Assembly (NCBI RefSeq): GCF_028368995.1
Contig: NZ_JAQNDL010000001.1
Location: 192,001 to 256,000, forward strand
DNA length: 64,000 nucleotides
From: Nannocystis bainbridge
Lineage (GTDB): Bacteria > Myxococcota_A > Polyangia > Nannocystales > Nannocystaceae
Direction: 5' to 3'
Positions 62,204 through 64,000 of the stretch are shown one piece after another. A program made the position numbers and the translations under genes. A model generated the notes under the pieces. It was not told the origin of the DNA. It did not search any database and worked only from the letters and a program-made list of their open reading frames with translations. Each line of letters begins with the position of its first letter. Positions within the stretch are counted from its first letter, which is position 1.

Positions 62204-62415
62204 GCCATGTCCGCCCGCGCCTTTCGGCCGCGGCGGGAGGTCGCGGGAGTTCGACCTCGGGCGCGTCTCGGCGTGGCCCCCGACTCCTGCGATCGCAGCA
62301 CGGCCCGAGGCCGTGACGGCGCCCCGGCTCTCCGGCCGGGGCCTGGTGAGACGGGAGTTCACTCGCCATCGCAATCGCCCCCTTCATACCGCGCCTCCGC
62401 GGCCTCGTCCGCGCC

Positions 62416-64000
62416 GTGGTCGCCGCGCTCGTCGTGCTCCCGAGCGCCGCCGCGCGTGCGGATCGTGAGGCGCCCCCTGCCCCCGGCGGCGAGCCGAACG
62501 TCGACGCCGCGCAGCGTTCGCCGGGCCCTGCGAGCGCCCGGACGGACGGCCGCGAAACGAAGCCCACGTCGGCGCCGCGCCCGGTGAGTCCCCCGAATAC
62601 CGCGGCGCGCCGCGGCCCCTACCACACCGTCGTGCGCGCCGACCAGGGCGACGGCCTCGACGCCCAGCGGCGCCTCGACGCCCAGCGGCCCGGATTTCAC
62701 ACCGCGATCGAGCTGGCCGCCGAGCGCGGCGCGCGGTCGGCCGACGGCCTGCCGGAGATCCTCGCCCGCAGCGCCGGCGCCACCGTGCGCAGCCTCGGCG
62801 GCCTCGGGCAATTCTCGGCGCTGTCGCTGCGCGGCTCGTCGGCCCAGCAGGTGGCGCTGTTCCTCGACGGCGTCCCGCTGTCGGCCGGCAGCGGCGGCGT
62901 CGTCAACCTCGCCGATCTGCCGCTCGACGCCCTCGGCGCGGTCACCATCTACCGCGGATTGGTTCCGATCGCCTACGGCGGGGCCGCGCTCGGCGGCGCC
63001 GTCGACCTCGGCTCCGACCTGCGCTGCGACCCGGTCCCGCGCCTGCGCGCGGTCGTCGGCGCCGGCTCGTTCGCCGCCCGCGAGGCCCGCGTCGGCGCCA
63101 GCGTCCCGCTCGTCGCCAGGTCCAAAGGACATGCCCCAAAGAACATGTCCTCGGCGCCACGTCATTGCCTCGCCGTGCGCGCCGGCTACACCGGGGCGGC
63201 CGGCGATTTCCGCTTTCACAACATCGGCGAGACCCCGCTCGACCCGAGCGACGACCGCCTCGATCGCCGCGTCAACAACAGCTACGACCGCGCCCTGACC
63301 CAGGTGGCCGTGCACGGCCGCGTCGGCGACCTGCGCTACAGCGTGCAGGAGCTGGTGTTCGTCAAGGATCAGGGCGTGCCCAGCATGGCCACCGGGGCCC
63401 AGGCCCGGCGCACCCGGCTCGGCACGGTGTCGGCGCGCACGGTCGCGCGGGTCCGGCGGACCTGGTCCCGAGGACATGTCGAGGGCGTGTTCGGCGTGCT
63501 CGCCGAGCAGGTCCGCTTCCGCGATCCGCTCGGCGAGATCGGCCTCGCGCGCGACGACCAGCGCACGCGCGCGCTCGACCTCTACGCCTCGCCGCGCGGC
63601 CGCGTCGGCGTGTGGCGCGGCGCCGAGATCGGCCTCGTCGCCGACGTGCGCGGCGAGCTGATCCGCGTCGACGAGCGCGCCGCCTCGACCGGCCCGCTCG
63701 GCGCCACCGGCGACGCCGATCGCCGCCGCGTCGCCGGCGGCCTCGGGCTCGAGCTCGACCAGCGCCTGCTCGCCGGCCGCCTGCAGCTCGCGCCCGCGGT
63801 GCGGCTCGACGTCCTCCGCAGCGCCTTCGCGGTGCCGCCCGGCCAGGGCGAGCAGAGCGACGAGGGCCGCGATCACACCAGCCTCGGCGTCTCGCCGCGG
63901 CTCGGCATGCGTCTGTCTCTTCGGCCAGGTCTCAGCCTGCGCGCCAGCGCCGGCCGCTACTTCCGCCCGCCGACCCTGGTCGAGCTGTTCGGCGATCGCG
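62416..64000 (+). CDS. TonB-dependent receptor, BtuB-like (3' truncated by the window)
   Basis: Frame-1 ORF missing from the ORF track; plug motif VRSLGGLGQFSALSLRGSSAQQVALFLDGVPL; FRPPTLVELFG; start uncertain. Confidence 0.88.
   Translation, partial: MVAALVVLPSAAARADREAPPAPGGEPNVDAAQRSPGPASARTDGRETKPTSAPRPVSPPNTAARRGPYHTVVRADQGDGLDAQRRLDAQRPGFHTAIELAAERGARSADGLPEILARSAGATVRSLGGLGQFSALSLRGSSAQQVALFLDGVPLSAGSGGVVNLADLPLDALGAVTIYRGLVPIAYGGAALGGAVDLGSDLRCDPVPRLRAVVGAGSFAAREARVGASVPLVARSKGHAPKNMSSAPRHCLAVRAGYTGAAGDFRFHNIGETPLDPSDDRLDRRVNNSYDRALTQVAVHGRVGDLRYSVQELVFVKDQGVPSMATGAQARRTRLGTVSARTVARVRRTWSRGHVEGVFGVLAEQVRFRDPLGEIGLARDDQRTRALDLYASPRGRVGVWRGAEIGLVADVRGELIRVDERAASTGPLGATGDADRRRVAGGLGLELDQRLLAGRLQLAPAVRLDVLRSAFAVPPGQGEQSDEGRDHTSLGVSPRLGMRLSLRPGLSLRASAGRYFRPPTLVELFGDR

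Overview
High-GC bacterial DNA, very likely a myxobacterium (Nannocystis-like, inferred from a MYXO-CTERM protein, many lipoproteins, a Ser/Thr kinase and the rpoN-hpf-hprK-rapZ-PTS cluster). It is mostly core genome: recD2, yebC-ruvC-ruvA, argC-argB, bioA, rseP-tsaB, cca, polA, ptsI/ptsH/hprK/rapZ/hpf/rpoN, pyrG, rpoZ and a cobalamin riboswitch before a TonB receptor. No integrase, transposase, CRISPR array, tRNA or rRNA was seen. Four things stand out. (1) A dispersed family of 14-bp-periodic palindromic arrays (unit TGTCC-N4-GGACA, abutting to give GGACATGTCC junctions) fills many 3'/convergent intergenic gaps and is also written into coding sequence. (2) A candidate sigma54-driven ~260-nt CUU-repeat small RNA (18547-18804) has upstream enhancer-like palindromes and a strand-specific terminator. 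(3) An atypical TPR-kinase / stand-alone H-box protein / two insertion-bearing receivers / sigma54 activator cluster lies at 20445-26619. (4) Many genes carry leaderless-type -10 boxes. Gene calls come from motif recognition only; no database search was run.
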